Part shown: positions 29,417-39,415 of the stretch, piece by piece | Numbering within the stretch: position 1 is the stretch's first letter | How the letters are laid out: every line of letters begins with the position of its first letter | Assembly: GCA_043718735.1 (NCBI GenBank) | Contig: JAYSVC010000032.1 | Location: 1-41,161 of the forward strand | Reading direction: 5' to 3' | Length of the DNA stretch: 41,161 bases | Source of the DNA: a bacterium | GTDB taxonomy: Bacteria; Patescibacteriota; Minisyncoccia; Phycocordibacterales; UBA5272 | The notes under the pieces: model-generated | Database searches by the model: none | The model's input: only the letters and a program-made list of their open reading frames with translations | What the model was told of the DNA's origin: nothing | Program-made: the position numbers and the translations under genes

Positions 29417-29986
29417 ATGAAAAAAGAAGTAAAACAATTAGAAGAGATAGAAAAAAAAATCATAAATATAATTTTTGCTAGTGGAGAGGGGGTGGATATT
29501 TTGAGTATTTGCAAAATATTATCTGAAAATACTGATAATAAAATAGAAAAGAAAGAAGTAGAAGATAGTATAGAGAATATTAAAAATAATTTAAATAACT
29601 TAAGTCTAGAGTTAATAGTAAGTGAAAATAATAATTCTAAATTCCTCAGTATGACTACATCTCCTGACTATACAAAAATATTAGAGACTTATTTTAAAGT
29701 GCAAGTAGAGGAAGATTTAACCCCTGCTCAGTTGCAGACATTAACTATTGTTGCCTACCTAAAAGAAACAACAGTGCAAGAAGTTTCTTTTATACGTGGA
29801 GTGCAGTCTGTGCAGACGCTTCGAGCTCTGTCAACTCGTGGACTAGTAAAGAAAATAGGAGAAAAGTATTTTCTTACTTTAGAAGCTTTTAAGATATTGG
29901 GTATATCTAATAATGAAGACTTAAAAGATTATGAAAAAATAAACACTAATTTAAAATCAAAACTAAGTGAAGCTTTAAATGGTTAA
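29417..29986 (+). CDS. scpB: segregation and condensation protein B
   Basis: LQTLTIVAY and IRGV motifs; follows scpA. Confidence 0.9.
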   Translation: MKKEVKQLEEIEKKIINIIFASGEGVDILSICKILSENTDNKIEKKEVEDSIENIKNNLNNLSLELIVSENNNSKFLSMTTSPDYTKILETYFKVQVEEDLTPAQLQTLTIVAYLKETTVQEVSFIRGVQSVQTLRALSTRGLVKKIGEKYFLTLEAFKILGISNNEDLKDYEKINTNLKSKLSEALNG

Positions 29987-30003
29987 TGGAATATTTATAA
30001 AAT

Positions 30004-30903
30004 ATGCGTAAAATAAAAAAAGATAATATACAGAAAAAAAATCTTTTAATTGGTACACTTGTTGCTAGTTTAATTTTTTCGTTATGTTTCTTTTATTTTA
30101 AAGAGAAATTTAGATTTAATTTTAAAGAGAATATTTTTGAAGAAGATTATAAGAAAAATACTTTACTGATGTTTCAAAATGAAAAAGAAGGAAAAAAAGA
30201 TGCTATTACTAAAAATAATACAAACATTAAAATAGAAAAAGTATTTAAAAAAGAAGATATTTTAGCAAGAAGTTATGTTATATATGATTTAACTAATAAA
30301 AAATTAATTATCGGGGAGAAGGAAAATGAAAAAGTGCCATTGGCTAGTATTACAAAATTAATGACAGCTTATGTAGCACTTGAAAATTGTAATGACATAC
30401 TAAAATTAGAGCTAGATAGGTTACTAATCGCATCGAACAATGAAAGCTCAGACTATATAGCTGATAATTGTCCAAATAGTACGGAGTTTATAAAAAAAAT
30501 GAATGAAATAGCTAAAAAAAATGATTTAAATATGTCTTATGTTAATCCATCAGGACTAGACATAGATGAAGATTTGGAAAAAGAAATAGAAATGACTGCA
30601 AGTAATTATGGTAGTGCTATGTCAGTAGTCAAATTAATTAATTTATTTTATGATAAAAACCCAGAAATTTTAAGCCACACTACAAGATCTATGTTTTCTG
30701 GGATTAAAAATACTAATGATATAGTTGAGAAGATACCTTTTTTGATAGGGTCAAAAACTGGCTTTACTGATATGGCTGGCGGTAATCTGGTTACTATATA
30801 TGAAGTTACAAAAGAAGAGAGATTCGCAATAGTGGTGCTGGGGTCTACAAAAGAAGGTAGGTATAAAGATACTGAATTACTTCTTAATTATTATCTAAAA
30901 TAG
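30004..30903 (+). CDS. D-alanyl-D-alanine carboxypeptidase (peptidase S11)
   Basis: SITK, SNN, NPSGLD and KTG motifs; N-terminal TM. Confidence 0.9.
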   Translation: MRKIKKDNIQKKNLLIGTLVASLIFSLCFFYFKEKFRFNFKENIFEEDYKKNTLLMFQNEKEGKKDAITKNNTNIKIEKVFKKEDILARSYVIYDLTNKKLIIGEKENEKVPLASITKLMTAYVALENCNDILKLELDRLLIASNNESSDYIADNCPNSTEFIKKMNEIAKKNDLNMSYVNPSGLDIDEDLEKEIEMTASNYGSAMSVVKLINLFYDKNPEILSHTTRSMFSGIKNTNDIVEKIPFLIGSKTGFTDMAGGNLVTIYEVTKEERFAIVVLGSTKEGRYKDTELLLNYYLK

Positions 30904-30934
30904 TGATATAATTATAAGTAAAGAAAATAAAATT

Positions 30935-31999
30935 ATGAACCCGATAAATCTATTAAGTATATTATTGCCATCTATTATAACCTTTGCGGTTGGTATATTT
31001 ATAAGCTTTCCCATACACAGATGGTTAGTTAAAAATGAAATATGGAAAAAGAAAAATGTTGCAAAATCTATCGATGGAAAAGAGGCTCCTATATCTGCCA
31101 TGCTTCATAATGATGAAAAAGTAAAAGTGCCTAGAATGGGGGGGCTTATAATTTGGCTCAGTGCGCTCATTACTGCTGCAATTTTTTACAGTTTTAGTAG
31201 ATTGTTTAATTTTGAGATATTAAGTAAATTAGATTTTACTTCTCGTTCTCAGACTTGGTTGCCACTGTTTTCTCTTTTATTTGGTGGGATATTAGGAGCT
31301 ATAGATGATTTGTCTGTAGTAGAGTATTTTAAGTCAAAAGGGGCTTATGTTGGTGGAGGACTATCTTTAAAAGTCAGATTATTTTTTGTATTTTTAATTT
31401 CAATGTTTGTTTCTTATTGGTTTATATATAAATTAGACATGCATACCATACATATTCCTTTTTTTGGTGAAATATTTCTGTCAGCTTCTTTATTTGCAAC
31501 ACTTTTAATCGTTATGATGTTGGCTACTTATGCAGGAGGGATAATAGATGGTGTAGATGGTTTGTCTGGTGGGGTTATGATGATGATATATAGCGCTTAC
31601 GGTGTGATAGCTTTGACTCGTCATCAGTATGACATTGCCACACTTTGTTTTGTTATAGTTTCAGGTATACTTGCTTTTCTTTGGTTCAATATTCCGCCTG
31701 CAAAGTTCTATAATACAGAGACTGGCATGACCCCATTACTTTTAACTGTAGTTATTATAGCGTATTTAACCGACGGGATAGCTTACCTGCCAGTAATAGG
31801 TTTTTTGCTTTATGTTACCGTTGCTTCTACTATAATACAATTATTATCTAAAAAGTTTAGAGGTAAAAAAATATTTCTAGTTGCACCATTACATCACCAC
31901 TTTGAAGCAAAAGGTATGCCTAATTTTAAAGTTTCGATGAGATACTGGATTATAGCTTATTTTTGTGCGATAGCAGGTGTATTATTATCTTTCCTATAA
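30935..31999 (+). CDS. mraY: phospho-N-acetylmuramoyl-pentapeptide transferase
   Basis: VPRMGG, IDD, DGVDGL, FLWFN and APLHHHFE motifs. Confidence 0.93.
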   Translation: MNPINLLSILLPSIITFAVGIFISFPIHRWLVKNEIWKKKNVAKSIDGKEAPISAMLHNDEKVKVPRMGGLIIWLSALITAAIFYSFSRLFNFEILSKLDFTSRSQTWLPLFSLLFGGILGAIDDLSVVEYFKSKGAYVGGGLSLKVRLFFVFLISMFVSYWFIYKLDMHTIHIPFFGEIFLSASLFATLLIVMMLATYAGGIIDGVDGLSGGVMMMIYSAYGVIALTRHQYDIATLCFVIVSGILAFLWFNIPPAKFYNTETGMTPLLLTVVIIAYLTDGIAYLPVIGFLLYVTVASTIIQLLSKKFRGKKIFLVAPLHHHFEAKGMPNFKVSMRYWIIAYFCAIAGVLLSFL

Positions 32000-32006
32000 A
32001 AAAACT

Positions 32007-33122
32007 ATGCTAGAAAAAATATACGACAAATTAGAGATTGGCCATGTTAGTAAAAGTACCTTACTTCCTTTTTTAGCTATTATTTTTTTAGGAGCCATAG
32101 CCTTCTTTTCAGCTTCACTTGGTATTTTAAATAGAAATGAAATAAAGTTTTATGGCATGATAGAGAGTCAGATGTATGCATACTTAATTGGAATAATATT
32201 ATTATGTGTATCTTTTCTATTTTCCTATAAGTATGTGTATAAACTTTCACCTTACATTTACGCTTTAACTATACTTCTTTCTTTTTTAGTTTTTTTACCA
32301 GGTGTGGGGATCGCTCATGGTGGGTCGACTAGATGGGTAAATGTTTTCGGATTCTCACTGCAGCCAGCAGAATTGATAAAAATATCTACAGTGCTTATGA
32401 CAGCTTGGTATTTAAAAAAATATGATAGTAAAATAATGGACATAAAATATGCGTTATTAGGTTATTTATTAATAATGGGTCCTGTAGCTGTAGCTATGTT
32501 TTTGCAAAAAGATCTCGGGACTTTAATTGTTATTGGAGCCATTGTTACTGTAATATTTTTTACTTCTAAGAGTAAAGTCTCTCATGTTTTAAGTTTTATA
32601 GGTATAGGTCTTCTTGTTGCTTTGCTTTATGTATCACTCAACAGTTATGTTAGAAATAGAATATATGACTATGCAGGATTTAGGGGCAATAGTAAGGGTA
32701 TATCTTATCAGGCTGATCAGGCTTTGATAGCTATTGGTAATGGTGGTATTTTTGGCAGAGGACTAGGCAAAAGTATACAAAAATTCCATTATTTACCTGA
32801 ACCAGCAGGAGACTCAGTCTTTGCCGTATTTTCAGAAGAATTTGGTTTTTTAGGATCTGCAGCTGTAGTTTTTCTATTTGGTTTTTTATCTGTTAACTTG
32901 ATGATAAAATCAATTTTAATAAAAGATATTTTTATAAAAAATGTTATAATAGGATCAGCAGTAGTTTTATTCTTTCAAAGTTTACTTAATATTGGCTCCA
33001 TGTTAAAAATAATACCCTTATCAGGAGATACTTTACCTTTTTTCTCACAAGGAGGAACCTCATTAATTTCAAATTTTATTATCATGGGAATATTACTACA
33101 ATTAACTAAAAAATATATATGA
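32007..33122 (+). CDS. ftsW: SEDS protein FtsW
   Basis: RW..QPAE.IK, DLGT, LPE..D.VF..EE.G and PFFSQGGTS motifs; lies between mraY and murG. Confidence 0.9.
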   Translation: MLEKIYDKLEIGHVSKSTLLPFLAIIFLGAIAFFSASLGILNRNEIKFYGMIESQMYAYLIGIILLCVSFLFSYKYVYKLSPYIYALTILLSFLVFLPGVGIAHGGSTRWVNVFGFSLQPAELIKISTVLMTAWYLKKYDSKIMDIKYALLGYLLIMGPVAVAMFLQKDLGTLIVIGAIVTVIFFTSKSKVSHVLSFIGIGLLVALLYVSLNSYVRNRIYDYAGFRGNSKGISYQADQALIAIGNGGIFGRGLGKSIQKFHYLPEPAGDSVFAVFSEEFGFLGSAAVVFLFGFLSVNLMIKSILIKDIFIKNVIIGSAVVLFFQSLLNIGSMLKIIPLSGDTLPFFSQGGTSLISNFIIMGILLQLTKKYI

Positions 33123-34225
33123 AAATAATTTACACAGGAGGAGGAACAGGAGGACATTTTTACCCACTTATGGCTGTATCAGAACAGGTAAGGAAGTTGG
33201 TCTATAAAAATAAATTAGTTTTTCCAACAGAGTATTATTTTTCTTCTAAAAATATTTATCCTGAAATGCTTAGTAGTAAAAACATAAAACACTCTTGGGT
33301 TCCTAGTGGGAAAAATAGACTTTACTTTTCTTTTTTAAATTTTACAGATATGTTTAAGATTGGATTTGGTGTAATAGTAGCATTTTTTAAACTACTCATT
33401 ATCTATCCTGATGTAATATTTTCAAAAGGTGGCTATGATAGTATACCTACTTGCTTTGCCGCTTTTATACTAAGAATACCCATCGTCATGCACGATAGTG
33501 ATAGTATACCAGGAAGAGCCTCTTTACTTGTTTCTAGATTCGCATATCGCATCGCTGTTTCTTATGAGGAATCTATAAAGTATTTTAAGGATTCAAGTAA
33601 TATTGCTTTTACAGGTCAGCCAATATTAGAAAAGTATACAGCCCCAAAAGATTTTAATAGAGAATATAATGAGAACCCTAGAAAAAATATTTTAGTTATA
33701 GGTGGATCTACTGGTAGTTCTAAGATCAATGATGTTGTACTTGCTATTTTGCCTCAAATACTAGGTAGATATAATCTTATACATCAAGTAGGGGATGATA
33801 ATCTTCAGGACATAAGATCTAGAACAAGTGTTATTTTAAAAGACTATAATGCGGAAGCTTATGCAGTGTATGGTAGTTTAGATTTTACAAAAATATACCC
33901 CTCTGTAGATATTGTTGTAACTAGGGCAGGAAGTAGTTTATTTGAAGTAGCTAATTGGCAATTGCCTTCTATTGTGGTGCCTATTTCACAACAAGTTAGT
34001 AGAGATCAGACCAGCAATGCTAATGTATTTTACAGAAAAGGTATGTCACACGTTATAAATGAAAATAATTTGTCTCCAAACCTTTTACTTAACATAATTA
34101 CAGAAGTTTTAAACAATAAAGAAGAATATAAAAAAATGGTAAATGCTTGTAAAAGCATATCAAATATAAATGGTGCAGAAATAATAGCAAATGAGATAAT
34201 TGAGATATGTTATTCTCACAGATAG
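33119..34225 (+). CDS. murG: MurG glycosyltransferase
   Basis: GGGTGGHFYP, KGGY, GGSTG, RAG and DQ..NA motifs. Confidence 0.95.
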   Translation: MKIIYTGGGTGGHFYPLMAVSEQVRKLVYKNKLVFPTEYYFSSKNIYPEMLSSKNIKHSWVPSGKNRLYFSFLNFTDMFKIGFGVIVAFFKLLIIYPDVIFSKGGYDSIPTCFAAFILRIPIVMHDSDSIPGRASLLVSRFAYRIAVSYEESIKYFKDSSNIAFTGQPILEKYTAPKDFNREYNENPRKNILVIGGSTGSSKINDVVLAILPQILGRYNLIHQVGDDNLQDIRSRTSVILKDYNAEAYAVYGSLDFTKIYPSVDIVVTRAGSSLFEVANWQLPSIVVPISQQVSRDQTSNANVFYRKGMSHVINENNLSPNLLLNIITEVLNNKEEYKKMVNACKSISNINGAEIIANEIIEICYSHR

Positions 34226-35544
34226 TCTTAAATAGTAATAAAAATACTAGCAACAGCTTTTCTTTTAGACTAATAGTTGTAGTTTTTTTACTATCAGTCT
34301 TATTTTCACTGACCACTTTTGTTTCTAGGGCAGATACAAAAGAGGACTTAGCAAAACAAATACAAGAAAATAAAACAAAATTAGACTCTCTAGAAAAAGA
34401 AATAAATGAGTATAATATAAAAATAGCAAATACTAAAGGTGAAGCAGGAACATTGAAGCAAGCTTTGTCAATATTAGAAGCTAGGAAAAAAAATCTTAAT
34501 TTAGAAATAGATTCTGCAAATTTAAAAATAAAAAATACAGAATATGATATATATAAAGTGTCTGATAAGATAAAAGACTCAAATCAAAAACTTGAAAAGC
34601 TAAAACATGGAATGATATCTTCATTAAAAGAGATTAGATATTTTCAAGATGAAGATAATTATATGTTAACTTTTTTAGGTAAAAAAACCTTGAGCGATAT
34701 ATCTGGAGAAATTAACAACGCTGAAAGCTTTAAGAATAGCCTTCAAAAATCTACTACAAATGCCAGGGAAATAAAAGGTTTATTAGAAAAAGATAAAGAA
34801 GTCTATGAGGACAAATATAATATTTTAAAAGAGCAAAAAGAAGAGCTTAGCGATAAGAAGAAATTAGTAGAGCAGACTAGGGCAGAGAATGATAGATTGT
34901 TAAAAGAAACCAAATCAAAAGAAGATATATATAAAAAGAAATTAGCTGAAAGAAAAAAAATAAAAGAAGGTTTAGAAAAAGAAACGCTAGACTTTGAATC
35001 AAAATTAAAAGCTATAGTAAATATTAATCTTTTGCCTAAAACAGGAAATGGCATACTAAGTTATCCTATTAAAAAAATTAACATAACTCAATATTTTGGT
35101 AACACTTCCTTCTCTACTAAAAATCCCCAGGTATATAATGGAGCAGGTCATAACGGTATAGATTTTGCTGTCCCCATAGGGACAGCATTGTATTCAGCTG
35201 CAGATGGTGTAGTTATGGGTGTGGATGATAGCGATACTTCTTGCCGAGGAGCTTCTTATGGTAAATGGGTTTTAATAAAACACAATAATGGATTAACAAC
35301 ATTATATGCTCATATGTCAAGTTTTTCAGTATCTGAAGGACAAGCTGTAACATCAGGACAAAAGATAGGCTTAAGTGGTAATACTGGATATAGTACAGGT
35401 CCTCATTTGCATTTTACTGTTTATGCGACTCAAGGTGTGCATGTTGCTGGTCCCACAGAATATAAATCAAAGTCATGTGGCACATATATGCGTATACCTA
35501 TAGCACCTCGTAATGCTTACCTTAACCCACTTAGCTATTTTTAA
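34207..35544 (+). CDS. coiled-coil + M23 peptidase (EnvC-like architecture)
   Basis: Signal/TM segment, long coiled coil, HNGID, YAH and STGPHLH motifs. Confidence 0.9.
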   Translation: MLFSQIVLNSNKNTSNSFSFRLIVVVFLLSVLFSLTTFVSRADTKEDLAKQIQENKTKLDSLEKEINEYNIKIANTKGEAGTLKQALSILEARKKNLNLEIDSANLKIKNTEYDIYKVSDKIKDSNQKLEKLKHGMISSLKEIRYFQDEDNYMLTFLGKKTLSDISGEINNAESFKNSLQKSTTNAREIKGLLEKDKEVYEDKYNILKEQKEELSDKKKLVEQTRAENDRLLKETKSKEDIYKKKLAERKKIKEGLEKETLDFESKLKAIVNINLLPKTGNGILSYPIKKINITQYFGNTSFSTKNPQVYNGAGHNGIDFAVPIGTALYSAADGVVMGVDDSDTSCRGASYGKWVLIKHNNGLTTLYAHMSSFSVSEGQAVTSGQKIGLSGNTGYSTGPHLHFTVYATQGVHVAGPTEYKSKSCGTYMRIPIAPRNAYLNPLSYF

Positions 35545-35567
35545 AAAGTTATAGTATAATATTAAAT

Positions 35568-35681
35568 ATGATAACCCTCAGCTACATACAAATAATAATC
35601 GCCATACTTATAACTTTTGTTGTGGGTAAGTCTACAGGTGGACAGTTATGGGAAAAGTTTCTGTATGGAGATTTAAAATAA
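35568..35681 (+). CDS. small membrane peptide, 37 aa
   Basis: MITLSYIQIIIAILITFVVGKSTGGQLWEKFLYGDLK; TATAAT lies just upstream. Confidence 0.45.
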   Translation: MITLSYIQIIIAILITFVVGKSTGGQLWEKFLYGDLK

Positions 35682-35716
35682 ATTAGCTACAGAATTATAA
35701 TTATAAAAATATAAAA

Positions 35717-35818
35717 ATGATAAGAATAGAATTAAAAAGTTTTGCTTTGATGTTGGTATTAATATTTATATTAAGCGCTATCTATGGAGCCTATAAGCTA
35801 CACAAGGCCGTGCATTAA
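35717..35818 (+). CDS. small membrane peptide, 33 aa
   Basis: MIRIELKSFALMLVLIFILSAIYGAYKLHKAVH; A-rich leader; hairpin downstream. Confidence 0.45.
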   Translation: MIRIELKSFALMLVLIFILSAIYGAYKLHKAVH

Positions 35819-35845
35819 AAAAGCTACCAAAGTTAATGCCCAGAA

Positions 35846-35870
35846 ATAAAGCCTTCCTAAAAGGCTTTAT
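35846..35870 (+). terminator. hairpin, possible terminator
   Basis: ataaagcctt-cctaa-aaggctttat. Confidence 0.5.
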
Positions 35871-36131
35871 ATTTAAAGTATAGATAGTCGCAAAAGATAT
35901 ATTGTGCGACAACAGGTATGTAATAAACCTTTTAAAACAAAAAGACTAAGATGTGGCTAAATATAATAAACCTTATTAATTACAACCTCACCACTCTCCT
36001 CTTTTGTTTATATTCAGTTATTTTTTTATTATATAAAATAATAATATATAAGATGTTATCAACCTTCATCTCTAATTATTTTTCTCTAAACTTTTTTACT
36101 TTTGCCATTTTTTAGTATACAAGTAAACTAC

Positions 36132-36160
36132 TTGACAAAAATATAAATATAGTATATTAT
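36132..36160 (+). promoter_or_regulatory. promoter of orphan I
   Basis: TTGACA, 17 bp, TATTAT. Confidence 0.75.
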
Positions 36161-36227
36161 GTTTACTATAGATTAGTAACAATTCTGTTTTTAGTCTTTT
36201 GTACATATAATAATTAGGAGTTCTAAA

Positions 36228-36749
36228 ATGAGCACACTTTTCAACCCTACTGCATCCCTAACTGTAAATATTGACAATGATAAACACCCAACTTCACAGT
36301 TCTTTCTTAGTGATCAATACGCTAAAGTTATAAAAACTTATGGCAACCAGAATGAACTAATTTGGACAGATCCAGCAGTAACAAAAAATATTGCTGTTAA
36401 TAGTAAATTTTTGTCCGGTGAAGTAAAATTAAACTTTTACCCTCTCAGTAGAGATGGCAAAATATCCGATGAAAATGAATTTCAAAAACATGCTTTTGTT
36501 AGGCCGGCTGAGATCCTAGAAATCGTATCCTCATTGATCCGTCAAGGACTGGTTGAGAAAAGAAAAGAAGGTATACAGTCACGATCCTACGTATTGTACA
36601 CAGAAAATGGACATGTCTTTTTCAATAACTCTGTTTTTAGTTGGAACATTTATTTTAGAAATAACATATACTTGCTTGGAAAAACTCAATTTCCAGTATC
36701 TATGTATGAAATAGGTGAACATTGTACTGTAATCTCACTTGCAAAATAG
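36228..36749 (+). CDS. orphan hypothetical protein I (173 aa)
   Basis: TAGGAG SD, promoter and terminator. Confidence 0.75.
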   Translation: MSTLFNPTASLTVNIDNDKHPTSQFFLSDQYAKVIKTYGNQNELIWTDPAVTKNIAVNSKFLSGEVKLNFYPLSRDGKISDENEFQKHAFVRPAEILEIVSSLIRQGLVEKRKEGIQSRSYVLYTENGHVFFNNSVFSWNIYFRNNIYLLGKTQFPVSMYEIGEHCTVISLAK

Positions 36750-36767
36750 TAACTCAAAAAAGTTACT

Positions 36768-36796
36768 AAAAAGCGACATAAATATGTCGCTTTTTT
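36768..36796. terminator. bidirectional terminator between orphan I and ftsX
   Basis: aaaaagcgacata-aa-tatgtcgctttttt. Confidence 0.8.
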
Positions 36797-36825
36797 ATTT
36801 ACATAAGATTTAGGCTTTCCATTTC

Positions 36826-37743
36826 TTAAACACTCAAATATTTTCTAACTGCAAGCACAGAAGATATAATAGCCACCAAAGTCCCAGATACAAATAGAGT
36901 TAAAAATATTAATGGTATATTATCCAAATAATATGCATGTATACTATACCCTCCAAAAAAATCTACAGTCTTAGAGGTGATATATTTTGTAATAGGATAA
37001 AATATAATTGTAGTTATTAGTGAAGCTATAGCACCGTAGAGAACAGACTCAACTATGAATGGGCCACGTATATACATATCACTAGCACCTACTAGCTTCA
37101 TCACAGATATCTCATCTTTGAAAGTAAATATAGCAAGTCTGATAGTGTTATAAACAATCATAAGTGACATAGATATAAATATTATAATCATGGTTATACC
37201 AAAAGTATTGAACCAAGTTATAAGATTATTTAATTTCTCTATACTATCTTTTATATCTACATAGTTTATTTTGTCTATGTCCTTACTGTCATCACCTAGA
37301 AAATTCTCTGCAGTTATTTTTTGCATAATATCATTATAATCTGTAGTATCCTTTGCTATAACTTGAAAACTGGCACCAAAAGGATTTGTGTTAACTTCTT
37401 CTAACGCTTTTATTGTTGCTTCATCATTTTTATATTGCTCCTTAAACTTTGTTAAAGTATCTTCTTTTGAGACAAAATTAATATCTTTTACAGATGCTAT
37501 ACTTTGAAGTTTTTGTTTTATTGAAATAATAGATGCGTCTGTAGCGTCACTCTTAAGATATATGCTTATGTCTACCTTTGTTTTAATTTGTGTTATGGAA
37601 TTATTGAAAACATCTTTGAACATTAATATACTAGCTATTATGGAGAGAGTTACTACTAGTATAAAAATAGAAGAGATGGAGATTGTTCTATTTCTGTAAA
37701 AACCGTTGAACCCTGCTGTTATTATTCTTTTGAAAAGTTGCAT
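36826..37743 (-). CDS. ftsX: cell division permease FtsX
   Basis: NTIRL..EI.VMKLVGA..YIRGPF motif; four TM segments; follows ftsE. Confidence 0.94.
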   Translation of the reverse strand: MQLFKRIITAGFNGFYRNRTISISSIFILVVTLSIIASILMFKDVFNNSITQIKTKVDISIYLKSDATDASIISIKQKLQSIASVKDINFVSKEDTLTKFKEQYKNDEATIKALEEVNTNPFGASFQVIAKDTTDYNDIMQKITAENFLGDDSKDIDKINYVDIKDSIEKLNNLITWFNTFGITMIIIFISMSLMIVYNTIRLAIFTFKDEISVMKLVGASDMYIRGPFIVESVLYGAIASLITTIIFYPITKYITSKTVDFFGGYSIHAYYLDNIPLIFLTLFVSGTLVAIISSVLAVRKYLSV

Positions 37744-37764
37744 ATATTTTTTTAATTATTTTTT

Positions 37765-38442
37765 CTAAATGATGTATTTACCATTTTTGTCATCGCGAGA
37801 GACTTTTCCACCGTCCATGGTTATGACTCGCTTACCCAGATTATCTATTACTCCTTTATTGTGAGTGGTTAAGATGACAGTAGTTCCTAAGTCGTTTATC
37901 TTTTTAAAGATTTGAACTATGTCATAAGTGTTCACTGGGTCCAGATTGCCTGTCGGCTCATCCGCAATTATAATATCTGGCCTATTAACTATGGCACGGG
38001 CTATGGCTACACGTTGTTTTTCTCCGCCACTCATCTGATGTGGAAAGTGATGTAGTTTATCTTTTAGGTCAACAAGGTCTAAAACATGAGGAACATCAGA
38101 CCTTATCTCTGCATCACTCTTCCCTGCTGCCTCCATGGCAAAAGCTATGTTTTCATAAGCTGTTCTGTTAGGTAATAATCTAAAATCTTGGAATACTACA
38201 CCTATTTTTCTTCTGTAGTCGTTGAGCAATCTACCTTTTAGTGTGTGTATAGAAGTGGAATGAAAAGAAACTTTTCCATGTGTTGGTTTTTCTTCGGCTA
38301 GTAGTAATTTTATAAGTGAAGTTTTCCCAGCCCCAGAATGACCTACAATACTAACCAGTTCCCCTTTTTCTATGTTTATGTTTACACTATCTAGTATTTT
38401 TTTTCCAGCGTATTCCTTTGTGACGTTTTCGAAGTAAAGCAT
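37765..38442 (-). CDS. ftsE: cell division ATP-binding protein FtsE
   Basis: [23 protein letters not shown] and ADEPTGNLD motifs. ATG at 38442. Confidence 0.95.
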   Translation of the reverse strand: MLYFENVTKEYAGKKILDSVNINIEKGELVSIVGHSGAGKTSLIKLLLAEEKPTHGKVSFHSTSIHTLKGRLLNDYRRKIGVVFQDFRLLPNRTAYENIAFAMEAAGKSDAEIRSDVPHVLDLVDLKDKLHHFPHQMSGGEKQRVAIARAIVNRPDIIIADEPTGNLDPVNTYDIVQIFKKINDLGTTVILTTHNKGVIDNLGKRVITMDGGKVSRDDKNGKYII

Positions 38443-38455
38443 ATTTATATTATAA

Positions 38456-39343
38456 TTATAACGCACTTTCAGCCACAATGAAAGGTTCTATGTCCCCAGA
38501 GAGAACAGACGATATATCACTAGTTTCTACTCCTGTACGCACATCTTTTACTAATTTATATGGATGCATAACGTAGTTACGTATTTGATTCCCCCATTCT
38601 ATTTCTGTGGTTTTACTGATCATTCTACCCTCTTTCTCTCCCCTCTTTTCTTCTTGCTCTAATTTATAAAGTTTTGATTTTATTAATTTTAAAGCTTTTT
38701 CACGATTAGCTTCTTGTGACCTCTCTTCTGCAACATGAACACTGATTCCAGTTTTGATATGCACTATACGCACTGCTGTCTCACGCTTATTTACATTCTG
38801 CCCACCGGGACCACCTGCTTTTTGTGTAGTTATTTCTATATCTTCTGGTCTAATATTTATCTCTACTTCGTCACCGACTATGGGTAAAACTTCTGCCATT
38901 GCAAAGCTAGTATGTCTCTTTGCATTTGCATTAAATGGTGATATACGAACTAGTCTGTGCACACCAGATTCATTTTTAAGCGAACCGTAGACATTTTTAC
39001 CAGTAATTTCTACAGTTATATTTTTTATGCCTCCATGTTCATTATTGTGAACATGTAAAATAGACAAAGACCAGTTGTTTTTCTCAGCATATTTTCTATA
39101 CATTTCAAAAAGTATATTTGCCCAGTCTTCACTGTCATCACCACCAGCTCCAGAAATAATGTTTAGTATTGCCCCACCCTCTTCTAACACCCTCTCTCCG
39201 CCTACTTTTAGTTTTAGATTTTTTAACTCTTTTACTTTTTCTTGAGATGATAATTTATCGATCCAAAACTCTGCAGTCTGCATTTCATTTTCTATATTTG
39301 AAATCCTATTTTCTAACTCTTTTGTATCAAAGTTTTCTTGCAT
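38456..39343 (-). CDS. prfB: peptide chain release factor 2 (shortened domain 1)
   Basis: SPF stop-recognition motif, GGQ, and WGNQIRNY. Confidence 0.93.
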   Translation of the reverse strand: MQENFDTKELENRISNIENEMQTAEFWIDKLSSQEKVKELKNLKLKVGGERVLEEGGAILNIISGAGGDDSEDWANILFEMYRKYAEKNNWSLSILHVHNNEHGGIKNITVEITGKNVYGSLKNESGVHRLVRISPFNANAKRHTSFAMAEVLPIVGDEVEINIRPEDIEITTQKAGGPGGQNVNKRETAVRIVHIKTGISVHVAEERSQEANREKALKLIKSKLYKLEQEEKRGEKEGRMISKTTEIEWGNQIRNYVMHPYKLVKDVRTGVETSDISSVLSGDIEPFIVAESAL

Positions 39344-39415
39344 ATATTCTTAATCATATTATAACAAAAATCTAAAATCTTTTAGTATTTACTTTTATTG
39401 TTTTTATAGTATAAA

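Noticed and set aside
35951-36115. 54-codon hydrophobic ORF (MWLNIINL...)
   Set aside because: Its composition is what T-rich intergenic DNA gives by chance, and it has no supporting signals.
354-38478. Longest-ORF starts for uvrA, cysS, orphans C/E/F, gatB, ftsW and ftsE
   Set aside because: The extensions run through promoter/SD sequence or neighbouring genes; downstream ATGs fit the family N-termini and the upstream signals better.
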